The notes under the pieces were generated by a model. The model was not told the origin of the DNA. It worked only from the letters and a program-made list of their open reading frames with translations, and did not search any database. Made by a program: the position numbers and the translations under genes. A stretch of DNA of 43,163 nucleotides from Candidatus Limnocylindrales bacterium. GTDB lineage: Bacteria > Chloroflexota > Limnocylindria > Limnocylindrales > CSP1-4. The DNA lies in assembly GCA_036493155.1 (NCBI GenBank), contig DASXQE010000054.1, positions 1 to 43,163 on the forward strand, written 5' to 3'. Of the stretch, positions 21,100 through 31,081 are shown one piece after another. Positions within the stretch are counted from its first letter, which is position 1. The number at the start of each line of letters is the position of its first letter.

Positions 21100-22449
21100 G
21101 TGCGAACGCCCATCGCCGCCGCTCTCTGTGCTGCCCTCCTCGGCGGTTGTGTTGCCGAGGCGCCTTCGACCGGCGCAGGGCCGGCCTCCAGCCCTCCGGA
21201 CTCGGTGCCCATCCAGACAGCGAGGGCGACATCGCACGAATCGCCAGCGGGTTCAGCTCCGGAATCAACCACAGGCCCGAGCGCCGAACCCTCGTGTCCG
21301 ACTTCGCGCAAAGCAGGTCCCGATCGGTTCCCGCCAGAACTCCTCGGACGCGTCGTCAGCGTGGTCGATTGCCTGACTGGTAACGAGCGTGTTGGACGAC
21401 TGGGCCTGCCGGGCCGCCTTGCCCTTGCCGACGGCGAAAGCTACTTCGCGACGTTCGGCGACCACGTCCTGACCTCGTCGCACAGCACCGAGGGCACGAC
21501 CTTCCACCTTTGGTCGTTCGCGACCGGAGCACGCATTGGAGCGGACGTCGCGCTCGGTCCCGACGATCGGTTCGCGGGGATCGCGAGTGACTTCCTCGTC
21601 ACGTCGACGCCCTCGGGGGCAGGCTCGCTGCTCCATTTCTGGTCGATGGCCACCGGCCAGGAAGACGTGCCGAACGTTGAACTCGCCTCCATTCCTCTAC
21701 CAGTCGTCCAGGCCGCAGGTTCGACCCTTGTCGTCTCCTCGGTGCTCACCGGTGACCATCCGCGGTCGGATCCCGGCATCGTGTTCGTGTCGCTGGTGGA
21801 TCGATCCGTCCGCCCAATCATCGGGGCCAGATCGGTGGCCGATGTGACGCAACCCGGCCGAGTTGTCGTCGTCTCGGCATCGGGGCGGATGATCGCAACG
21901 ACCGTGTGTGCCTCGGGCATCGACTTCGTGGGTGATTGCCGCCCGACCACAGTGCTCGATAGCGAGACGGGGGCCACCCTCGACCGACTCGACTTCGGTG
22001 GACGCCAGCCGACCATCCTCGGCGATGGCTGGCTCATGGTCTCAGCGATCAGCGGCGACGAACTCGTCGATTTCCAGGGTCGGACGATTTGGACGAGTGC
22101 CCGGTTCGGGTTCGGCGCTGGAACCTGGGCCAACCAAATCGCGCCCGACGGGCGCCTGATCCTCGAGCTCCGCAGCATCGCCGGCGCCGTGAGGCCCACC
22201 ATCGTCGCGGTCGAGCCCTCCACCGGGCGGCAAGCCATCCTGTACCAGCCGACGGACACCGACTGGCATGTTTGGCCCCAGCTCTCCACCGCTGCCCTCG
22301 TCGCGATCGGCCGCGGCGACTTCATGCCGCCCTGTCTAGGGGGAGCGACCTGCGACCCGGGCGCGGGCCGCGTGGTCGAGGCATCGACCCTGGACCTTTT
22401 GACCGGCACGTTCACCCCCGGCGCGATCCAGATCACGGTCTCGCCGTAG
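21100..22449 (+). CDS. Putative lipoprotein with beta-propeller-like repeats
   Basis: From GTG 21100 the N-terminus is MRTPIAAALCAALLGGC, a signal peptide plus L-G-G-C lipobox. Blade-like motifs recur (FHLWSFATG, LLHFWSMATG, VLDSETGATL). The alternative start is GTG 21052. GC is lower (about 60-67% in sampled lines) than in the neighbours (about 75%). Confidence 0.65.
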   Translation: MRTPIAAALCAALLGGCVAEAPSTGAGPASSPPDSVPIQTARATSHESPAGSAPESTTGPSAEPSCPTSRKAGPDRFPPELLGRVVSVVDCLTGNERVGRLGLPGRLALADGESYFATFGDHVLTSSHSTEGTTFHLWSFATGARIGADVALGPDDRFAGIASDFLVTSTPSGAGSLLHFWSMATGQEDVPNVELASIPLPVVQAAGSTLVVSSVLTGDHPRSDPGIVFVSLVDRSVRPIIGARSVADVTQPGRVVVVSASGRMIATTVCASGIDFVGDCRPTTVLDSETGATLDRLDFGGRQPTILGDGWLMVSAISGDELVDFQGRTIWTSARFGFGAGTWANQIAPDGRLILELRSIAGAVRPTIVAVEPSTGRQAILYQPTDTDWHVWPQLSTAALVAIGRGDFMPPCLGGATCDPGAGRVVEASTLDLLTGTFTPGAIQITVSP

Positions 22450-22453
22450 GCCC

Positions 22454-23473
22454 TCAGATCCACCTGCGGAGGCGAGCGACAACGAGGATCACGCCCTCGA
22501 CCAGGAGGATCGCGACCACGACGAACCAGAACGACAGCGGCTCCTTGTCCGGAAGTGGTGTCTGGACGTTCATCCCGAGGAAGCCCGCAACGATCGTGGC
22601 GGGCAGAGCCAGCACCGTGGCCACCGTCAGGAGGCGCATGACGTCGTTGGTTCGCTGACCGGTGCGGGTCATCAGGATCTCGAACGAGCCCAGCACGAGC
22701 TCTCGGGCGTCCTCGACGCCCTGCAGGGCCGCCTCGAATCGGCCGGCCACCGCTTGCAGCCCGGCCGCGTCGGCGGCGCGGGCCGCGTGGATGAATTCGC
22801 CGCGCGCGAGCACGGCGAAGAGCTCGCGATGGCTCGCCAGGAGCCGGCGCAGCCGCCCGACCCGGCGACGAACGTCGATGAGCTGGCGAAACAGGTCGCC
22901 GAACTCCTCCCGACCCAGGGCCTTGGCATCGATGACGTCGACCTCGTCCTCGATCGCATCGACGGCGGCGCGATAGGAGATCACCACGGCGTCGAGCACG
23001 GATGCGATGAAGTCGGCGGCGTCCAGCTCGCCGGTCGTCGTGTCCGCGGCAATGCGCTCATCGATCGCATCGAGCAGCTCCAACGGTTCGGCGTGGCCGG
23101 TGATGACCAGGTTCGGGCCGCCGACGATCCCCAGCCACACGCCACCGCGGCGTCGGGGGTCCGGCGCGGCCACGACGCGAACGTGGACATATCGGCCATG
23201 CAACCCAATCTCGGGCGACCATCCGTCACCGCTCGGCCCCGCGACCTGAGCGAGCGCGCTGAGCGTGGCGGCGTCGAGCTCGAAGCTGTCCCGAATCCGG
23301 TCTCCTTGATCCGAACCGAACGGTCCCTGGATGTCGATCCACAGGAGCTGTCGCTCCGATGGGGTCATCGCCAGGGCTTCGTCGAAGCTCAGCGCACGAT
23401 CGGTCCGGTCGGCATCGAACAGCCGAATCCGGACGCTGTCACCCGCGGGGCGCGGCTCGCCTTCGGTCGCCAT
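22454..23473 (-). CDS. corA: CorA family magnesium/cobalt transporter
   Basis: The 339-aa protein ends with two TM helices and the signature GFLGMNV (GMN motif). Confidence 0.9.
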   Translation of the reverse strand: MATEGEPRPAGDSVRIRLFDADRTDRALSFDEALAMTPSERQLLWIDIQGPFGSDQGDRIRDSFELDAATLSALAQVAGPSGDGWSPEIGLHGRYVHVRVVAAPDPRRRGGVWLGIVGGPNLVITGHAEPLELLDAIDERIAADTTTGELDAADFIASVLDAVVISYRAAVDAIEDEVDVIDAKALGREEFGDLFRQLIDVRRRVGRLRRLLASHRELFAVLARGEFIHAARAADAAGLQAVAGRFEAALQGVEDARELVLGSFEILMTRTGQRTNDVMRLLTVATVLALPATIVAGFLGMNVQTPLPDKEPLSFWFVVVAILLVEGVILVVARLRRWI

Positions 23474-23587
23474 CGCCTGAGGGTCGTCGAGAAGACCTCA
23501 CCGGCGCGCCGCCGCGGGACCCCCGGCCCGACACGCGAGCCCCACAACCACTCCGCACGACGGTAACGAGACGCGCCGGACAATCCC

Positions 23588-23621
23588 GAATTAAAGAGCC
23601 CGGGCCGATGGCCCGGGCTCT
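23588..23621 (-). terminator. Rho-independent terminator downstream of groEL
   Basis: A perfect 11-bp GC-rich stem, AGAGCCCGGGC (23595-23605) / GCCCGGGCTCT (23611-23621), has a 5-nt loop. On the minus strand it is followed by TTTAATT. Confidence 0.75.
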
Positions 23622-23641
23622 CGTTGCTGGTCTCGAAGGAG

Positions 23642-25339
<1,698 letters not shown>

Positions 25340-25660
25340 CTAGTCGCCGACGATGGCGAGGATGTCCTTCTGGCTGACGATGAGGAGCTCCTCATCCTCG
25401 ACCTTGAACTCGGTCCCGGCGTATTTGCCGTAGAGGACCTTCTGGCCGACCTTGACGTCCATCGGCAGGCGCTTGCCCGCGTCGTCGAACGCGCCCGGGC
25501 CGATCGCGACGATCAGGCCCTCCTGGGGCTTCTCCTTCGCGGTGTCCGGCAGGACGATGCCGCTCTTCGTCATCTCCTCACGCGGGGTCGGCTTGACGAC
25601 GACCCGGTCGTTGAGCGGCTGGAGCTTCGAGGCGCTCTTCGTCGCGCTCGCAGTGGCCAA
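25340..25660 (-). CDS. groES: Co-chaperonin GroES (Cpn10)
   Basis: The sequence is KLQPLNDRVVVKP...GIVLPDTAKEKPQEG...VGQKVLYGKYAGTEFK. I chose TTG 25660 because AGGAGG lies 9 nt upstream in the same context as groEL. The upstream in-frame ATGs (25690, 25768) lack an SD. Confidence 0.85.
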   Translation of the reverse strand: MATASATKSASKLQPLNDRVVVKPTPREEMTKSGIVLPDTAKEKPQEGLIVAIGPGAFDDAGKRLPMDVKVGQKVLYGKYAGTEFKVEDEELLIVSQKDILAIVGD

Positions 25661-25755
25661 GGTTGTGTCCCTCCTGGTGGACGGCTCCATCGACCGATCG
25701 GCGGGCCCGGCGGGTTCAGTCCGGGCTGCGTCCGACGGTGTGGATTCGGACTGGA

Positions 25756-25782
25756 TTAGCACTCTCATGTGCAGAGTGCTAG
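25756..25782. promoter_or_regulatory. CIRCE operator (HrcA binding site)
   Basis: TTAGCACTC-tcatgtgca-GAGTGCTAG matches the consensus TTAGCACTC-N9-GAGTGCTAA at 17 of 18 arm positions. It lies immediately downstream of the -10 box. Confidence 0.9.
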
Positions 25783-25785
25783 CGC

Positions 25786-25815
25786 AGTCTAGTTAGGCAG
25801 CTTTCGGGCTGTCAA
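25786..25815 (-). promoter_or_regulatory. groESL promoter, TTGACA-N18-TAGACT
   Basis: On the minus strand the -35 TTGACA (25815-25810) overlaps the tatD stop codon and the -10 TAGACT is at 25791-25786. CIRCE follows directly. Confidence 0.6.
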
Positions 25816-26630
25816 CTGGGCCGCGGCACGGTCCGGTCGTAGGCCGCGACCAGCGCCTCGCCGAGCGCCTCCGGCGTGCCCCCGCGCGCAACCGCGACGC
25901 GCTCGGCGGTGATCGCGACCCAGGCCGGCTCGTTGCGTCGACGGGGTCCGCCCGGCGGCGAGAGGAAGGGCGAATCCGTCTCGACGAGCAGGCGCTCCGG
26001 GGGCACGGCTCCGGCGACCTCGCCGAGCGTCGCCTCCTCGCCCGCGCGGAACGCCAGCCCCGAGATGGAGATCGCCAGGCCGCGGGCGAGCACCTCGCCG
26101 GCGAACGCGGGCGTGCCCGAGAAGGAGTGGATGAGGGCCGCCGGGCGCTCGTGGCGGGCCCGCTCCGTGGCCCGGATTCCGGCCGCCTCGAGGAGCTCCA
26201 GGACGTCGTCGTGAGCCTGGCTCGAGCCGGCGGCCGAGCGGCAGTGGATGATCACCGGCTTCTGGAGGTCGAGCCCCAGGTCGAGATGGCGGCGCAGGTT
26301 GTCGCGCTGGACCGGCACGGGCGAGAAGGCCCGGTCGTAGTCGAGGCCGGTCTCGCCGACCGCCGCCACGCGGTGATCGCGAGCCAGCCGGACGATCGCC
26401 TCCCACTCCGCCGGACCAGCCCGCTCGGCTTCATGGGGATGAATCCCGGCGGCCGCGTCCAGCCATGGATGCTGGGCGACCAGCTGGATCGCGGCGCGCG
26501 AGGTCTCCTCGGTCCAGCCGGGCACCAGGATGCGCTCCAGGCCGGCCGCGCGGGCGCGCTCGATGACCGCGTCGCGGTCAGCGTCGAAGCGGTCGGACTG
26601 GAGGTGGCAGTGGCTGTCGATCAGCCGCAC
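25812..26630 (-). CDS. tatD: TatD family metal-dependent hydrolase/DNase
   Basis: The 272-aa ORF has a GTG start, the LIDSHCHL motif, and downstream His/Asp metal ligands (IHCR, ETDSP). Confidence 0.9.
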   Translation of the reverse strand: MRLIDSHCHLQSDRFDADRDAVIERARAAGLERILVPGWTEETSRAAIQLVAQHPWLDAAAGIHPHEAERAGPAEWEAIVRLARDHRVAAVGETGLDYDRAFSPVPVQRDNLRRHLDLGLDLQKPVIIHCRSAAGSSQAHDDVLELLEAAGIRATERARHERPAALIHSFSGTPAFAGEVLARGLAISISGLAFRAGEEATLGEVAGAVPPERLLVETDSPFLSPPGGPRRRNEPAWVAITAERVAVARGGTPEALGEALVAAYDRTVPRPS

Positions 26631-26657
26631 GGCGGCAACCTGGCGCCGCTCGGGCGC

Positions 26658-27020
26658 TCAGCCGGCGCGGTTGCTCTGGAACAACCCGACCTCGCTGCCC
26701 TCGGGGTCGATGACCACCGCGAACCAGCCCATGCCGGGGATGTCCTGCTTCTGCTCCTTGACCGTGCCACCGGTCCGCTCGGCCGCCGCGAGGGCGTCGT
26801 CGATCGACGTCACCTCGATGTAGATCCGGAGGACGTGGCCGGTCGAGACGCCGCGCTTCCCGATCGCGCCGCCGTAGCCCTCCGCCGTCCGGAACAGGTA
26901 GTAGTCGGGGAAGTCCGGCATCTCGCCGAACTCCCAGCCGGCCACGGCGCCGTAGAACGCCTTGGCCCGCTCGGGGTCGTCGGCCGGGAACTCGACGTGG
27001 TTGATCTCGCCGTGGGCCAT
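26658..27020 (-). CDS. VOC (glyoxalase/bleomycin-resistance fold) family protein
   Basis: The 120-aa protein reads INHVEFPADDPERAKAFYGAVAGWEF...GWFAVVIDPEGSEVGLFQ. AAGGAGG lies 7 nt upstream of the ATG. Confidence 0.85.
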   Translation of the reverse strand: MAHGEINHVEFPADDPERAKAFYGAVAGWEFGEMPDFPDYYLFRTAEGYGGAIGKRGVSTGHVLRIYIEVTSIDDALAAAERTGGTVKEQKQDIPGMGWFAVVIDPEGSEVGLFQSNRAG

Positions 27021-27076
27021 CGGAGGACCTCCTTGGAGTCACCGGCACGCGGCCGGTCCGCTGGATCGACCGACGA

Positions 27077-28744
27077 TCAGCCTAGCGGCGTTTCGACAGC
27101 CGCTGGCTCGACGTCGAGCCGCGGGAACAGCGGCGAGGCCAGCCCGAGGTCAGCCGCGCCCGAGGCTCCCCCGCCCCACTCGAGCTCGCGCAGCAGCGGC
27201 GGGCCGCCGTTGCCGTCAGGGGCGTAGGGATACGGCAGCCCGAGCTGCTCGAGGACCCGAGGCGCGATCGAGGGCAGCACCGGCGCCGCCGCGAGGGCGA
27301 CGAGCCGGCAGGCCTCGACGAGATCGCCCAGGACGCCGGCCAGCCGGGTCACCGCCTCGCCCGAGCCATCGTCACCGGCCTTCGCGCGCTTGGCCAGCCC
27401 CCACGGTGCCTCCGTCTCGACGAAGCGATTGGCCTCGCCGACGAAGTCCCACAGCGCGGCCAGGTACTCGTGGAGGAGACAGGCCTCGATCGAGTCGCGG
27501 GCCAGCGCGATCGCTCGCGCCCACGCCTCGGCCAGGGGCGCGTCGGCCGCGGCCCGCGGTGCCGGCCGGGCGCCGTCGAGATAGCGGCTGGCCATCGTCA
27601 CGGTCCGGTTCACGAGATTGCCGAAATCGTTCGCGAGGTCGGCGTTGTAGCGCCGCACGAACGCGTCCCATGACACCTCGCTGTCGCGGTCGAACGCGAC
27701 CTCGCGGAGGGTCACGTAGCGCGCCCCGTCCGCGCCGAACGCGGCGACGACGTCGAACGGATCGAGCATGTTGCCGCGGCTCTTGCTCATCCGCTCGCCG
27801 CCGCGGGCCAGGAGCCAGCCGTGGACCCAGACCTTGCGGGGCAGCTCGATGCCGGCGCTGATGAGCATCGCCGGCCAGATGATCGTGTGGAAGCGATTGA
27901 TGTCCTTGCCGATGACGTGGAGGTCGGCCGGCCACCAGCGGGCGAACGCCTCGGGGTCATCGGGAAAGCCGGCCCCGGTGATGTAGTTGATGAGGGCGTC
28001 GAACCAGACGTAGATGACGCCCGCCTCGGGATCCCACGAGCCGTCCTCGCGCTCCGAGCTCTCGCCGTTCTCCGCGATCGGGAACGGGATGCCCCAGTGG
28101 AAGGTCTCGCGGCTGATCGAGATGTCCTCGAGGCCGGCCTTGAGGAAGGCCAGCATCTCGTTCTTGCGGTACTCCGGCTGGACCCAGTCGGGGTGGGCCT
28201 CGAAGTGGGCCATGAGCCGATCCCGGTAGGCCGACAGCCGGAAGAACCAGTTGCGCTCGGTCAGCCACTGGAGCTCGATGGTGGGGTGGTTCGGGCAGCG
28301 CGGCTTGCCATCGCTGCCGTCCTCGAGGTCCGAGGGCGCCTTGAAGCCTTCGTTCGGGCAATACCAGCCCTCGTACTTGCCGAGGTAGACGTCGCCGTTG
28401 GCATAGGCCCGCCGGACCATCTCCTGGCTGGCCCGGCGGTGGTCGGCGTCGGTCGTGCGGATGAATCGATCCGGCCGGATGAGCAGGGCGTCCTCGGCCG
28501 AGGTGAACAGCCCGACCATCTCGTCGACGTAGGCCCGGGTGTCGATCCCGCGCTCGGCCGCGCTCTCGGCGATGTTGACCGAGTGCTCGTCGGTGCCGGT
28601 CAGGAACCGGGTGTCGTCGCCGACCATCCGATGCCAGCGCGCGATCGCGTCGGCCCCGATGACCTCGTACAGGGTGTGGAGGCCGGGCTTGTTGTTGGGA
28701 TACGCGATCGCGGTCGTCAGGTAGTAGCGCTTGCGGTCGGGCAC
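27077..28744 (-). CDS. metG: Methionine--tRNA ligase
   Basis: The 555-aa ORF has a GTG start. It reads YYLTTAIAYPNN..., FLTGTDEH, DRFIRTTD, WFDALINYITG and the KMSKS loop (ERMSKSRGN). The HIGH position reads GLHT (see findings). Confidence 0.93.
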   Translation of the reverse strand: MPDRKRYYLTTAIAYPNNKPGLHTLYEVIGADAIARWHRMVGDDTRFLTGTDEHSVNIAESAAERGIDTRAYVDEMVGLFTSAEDALLIRPDRFIRTTDADHRRASQEMVRRAYANGDVYLGKYEGWYCPNEGFKAPSDLEDGSDGKPRCPNHPTIELQWLTERNWFFRLSAYRDRLMAHFEAHPDWVQPEYRKNEMLAFLKAGLEDISISRETFHWGIPFPIAENGESSEREDGSWDPEAGVIYVWFDALINYITGAGFPDDPEAFARWWPADLHVIGKDINRFHTIIWPAMLISAGIELPRKVWVHGWLLARGGERMSKSRGNMLDPFDVVAAFGADGARYVTLREVAFDRDSEVSWDAFVRRYNADLANDFGNLVNRTVTMASRYLDGARPAPRAAADAPLAEAWARAIALARDSIEACLLHEYLAALWDFVGEANRFVETEAPWGLAKRAKAGDDGSGEAVTRLAGVLGDLVEACRLVALAAAPVLPSIAPRVLEQLGLPYPYAPDGNGGPPLLRELEWGGGASGAADLGLASPLFPRLDVEPAAVETPLG

Positions 28745-28756
28745 GGTCCCGACAGT

Positions 28757-31081
28757 CTAGTGGCGGAAGTGGCGCGTCCCGGTCACGAGCATCGCGGCCC
28801 CGGCCTCGTCGACGGCGTGGAGGGTCTCGCCGTCGCGCAGCGAACCGCCCGGCTGGACGATCGCCGAGACGCCGGCCTCCAGCAGGACCTGGGGGCCGTC
28901 GGGAAACGGGAAGAAGGCGTCCGAGGCGGCGACCGCGCCGCTCGCTCCGCCGTTCTCGCCGTGAAACCGCTCCGCCTTCGCGACCGCCTGGCGGCACGCG
29001 TCGACGCGGCTGACCTGGCCGGACCCGAGCCCGACGAGCATCGAATCACGGACGAGCACGATCGCGTTCGAGGTCGCGCCGCGACACAGGCGCCAGGCCA
29101 GGTCGAGGTCGGTCCGCTCGACCGCGGTGGGCGGACGACGTGACATGACCGGCCAGCTCGACGGGTCGTCGGTCGAGTCGTCGGGGGCGGTCAGGAGGAC
29201 CGCGCCGCCGGCGGTCCGGATCGAGCCGAGCTCGTCAACCCGGTAGGTGCCGTTCGGGCGGACGGCGCCGCGCGGCCCGTGGCTGATCCCGGGGTCGGCG
29301 ACAACGCGAAGGTTGGGCTTGCTGGCCAGGACCTCGAGGGCCTCTGCTTCGAATGCCGGTGCCACGACGACCTCGAGGAACATCGAGGTGAGGGCCCGGG
29401 CGAGCTGTGCGTCGACCGTGCCGGTGAGCGCCACCACGCCGCCGAACGCCGCATCGGGGTCGCCGGCGCGGGCTGCCTCCCAGGCCTCGAGCAGGGTCGG
29501 CCGCTCGGCCGCGCCGCACGGGTTGGTGTGCTTGACGACGACGCATGCGGGGCCACGCAGCAGGCGAGCGAGCGCAGCCGCCGCTGACGCATCGAGCACG
29601 TTGTTGTAGGACAGGGCCTTGCCCTGGAGCGGCGGCTCCCCGGTCGCGAACGGGCCGTCTTCGGCACTCGACGCGCGATCGGTCCGCCGGTAGCGCGCGG
29701 CCGGCTGGTGCGGGTTCTCGCCGTAGCGCAACGTCTCGACCTTGGCCAGCGGGACGACGAGCACGTCCGGGAAGCGGTCGGGCGAGCGCGGCAGGCCCGG
29801 CTCCTGCGGGAGGGCCACGCCGGCGTGGTCCATCGCGCATGGCAGCTCGGCCGCGATCCGGGCGTCGTACGCGGCCGTGTGCCGGAAGGCCTCGACCGCG
29901 AGCGCCGACCGCAGCCCGAGTGGCACGCCACCCGGCTCGGCAAGGGCAGCGAGCACGGCCTGGTAGCGAGCGGGGCTCGTCACGATCGACACGGCGGCGT
30001 GGTTCTTGGCGGCCGCGCGGACCAGCGCCGGGCCGCCGATGTCGATCTCCTCGACGAGCGCATCGAGCGTGATCCCGGGACGCTCCGCGGCGGCCGCGAA
30101 CGGGTAGAGGTTGATGACGACGACCTCGAACGGGTCGATGCCCGCGGTGACGAGCGCCTCGCGGTGGTCGGGCCGTCGGGTGTCGGCCAGGATCCCGCCA
30201 TGGATCGCCGGGTGGAGCGTCTTCACCCGGCCATCGAGCATCTCCGGAACGCCCGTGACGGCGGCGACGTCCGTGACTGGCAGCCCGGCACCACGCAGCG
30301 CCCGGGCCGTGCCACCTGTCGAGACGAGCTCGAAGCCGAGGGCGGCGAGGCCCGTCGCGAGCTCGACCAGGCCGGCCTTGTCGCTGACCGAGAGGAGCGC
30401 CCGGCGCGGCCGCCGCGCGGCCGCATCCGCGGTCGCCGGGTCGATTGCCACCTGGCGTGCGCCCGGGCGGACGCTGACGGCTCCCGCCAGGACCAGGCGG
30501 ACCGCCCGCGGCAGCAGCCGGTGCTCCACGGCCTTGATGCGGTCGTGGAGTGCGCCCTCGTCGTCGGTGGCGAGGACCGGCACGGCTTCCTGGAGAACGA
30601 TCGGGCCGCCGTCGAGGGATTCGTCCACGAGGTGGACCGTGCAGCCGGTCAGGCGCGCGCCGTGGGCCAAGGCGTCGCGGACGGCGTGGCCGCCGGGGAA
30701 GGCCGGCAGCAGCGACGGGTGGGTGTTCAGGATTCGGCCCGCGAACGCCGCGAGCGTCTTCGGGCCGACGATGCGCATGTAGCCAGCCAGGACGACGAGG
30801 TCGATCCCGGCCGCCCGAAGCGTCGCGGCGAGGGCGTCGTCGGCCTCGGCGCGGGCGGCCGCTTCGCGGTTGGCGAGCCCGGGCAGCACGGCCGTCTCGA
30901 TCCCCTGCTCCGCGGCCCAGTCGAGCGCCGCGCATGGCCGGTCGGCGAAGACCAGCGCGATCTCGCCACCCAGGTCACCGCGGCGCGCGGCGGCAGCGAG
31001 GGCGCGGAGGTTGCTGCCGGCGCCCGACACCCCAACGGCGAGCTGCGCCGGCTCCGCCGCGCGGGGCGCCGCGGCGCTCAT
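28757..31081 (-). CDS. purNH: Fused phosphoribosylglycinamide formyltransferase (PurN) / AICAR transformylase-IMP cyclohydrolase (PurH)
   Basis: A single frame runs from ATG 31081 (ATGA overlap with the purM stop) to TAG 28757. The PurN motifs (GAGSNLRAL, NTHPSLLP, VHLVDESLDGGPI) are followed in frame by PurH (RALLSVSDKAGL, VKTLHP, KHTNPCGAA, terminal RHFRH). Confidence 0.9.
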   Translation of the reverse strand: MSAAAPRAAEPAQLAVGVSGAGSNLRALAAAARRGDLGGEIALVFADRPCAALDWAAEQGIETAVLPGLANREAAARAEADDALAATLRAAGIDLVVLAGYMRIVGPKTLAAFAGRILNTHPSLLPAFPGGHAVRDALAHGARLTGCTVHLVDESLDGGPIVLQEAVPVLATDDEGALHDRIKAVEHRLLPRAVRLVLAGAVSVRPGARQVAIDPATADAAARRPRRALLSVSDKAGLVELATGLAALGFELVSTGGTARALRGAGLPVTDVAAVTGVPEMLDGRVKTLHPAIHGGILADTRRPDHREALVTAGIDPFEVVVINLYPFAAAAERPGITLDALVEEIDIGGPALVRAAAKNHAAVSIVTSPARYQAVLAALAEPGGVPLGLRSALAVEAFRHTAAYDARIAAELPCAMDHAGVALPQEPGLPRSPDRFPDVLVVPLAKVETLRYGENPHQPAARYRRTDRASSAEDGPFATGEPPLQGKALSYNNVLDASAAAALARLLRGPACVVVKHTNPCGAAERPTLLEAWEAARAGDPDAAFGGVVALTGTVDAQLARALTSMFLEVVVAPAFEAEALEVLASKPNLRVVADPGISHGPRGAVRPNGTYRVDELGSIRTAGGAVLLTAPDDSTDDPSSWPVMSRRPPTAVERTDLDLAWRLCRGATSNAIVLVRDSMLVGLGSGQVSRVDACRQAVAKAERFHGENGGASGAVAASDAFFPFPDGPQVLLEAGVSAIVQPGGSLRDGETLHAVDEAGAAMLVTGTRHFRH

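Noticed and set aside
18350-21376. A 1008-aa ORF on the plus strand, antisense to pcrA.
   Set aside because: It is extremely Arg/Pro/Gly/Ala-rich with no recognisable motifs. The opposite strand encodes a full-length PcrA with all helicase motifs and high GC3. This is a typical shadow ORF of high-GC DNA.
25661-25768. A longer GroES starting at ATG 25768 or 25690.
   Set aside because: Neither ATG has an SD upstream. The 25768 start would lie inside the CIRCE operator and only ~20 nt downstream of the -10 box. TTG 25660 has AGGAGG at the ideal distance and yields a normal-length Cpn10.
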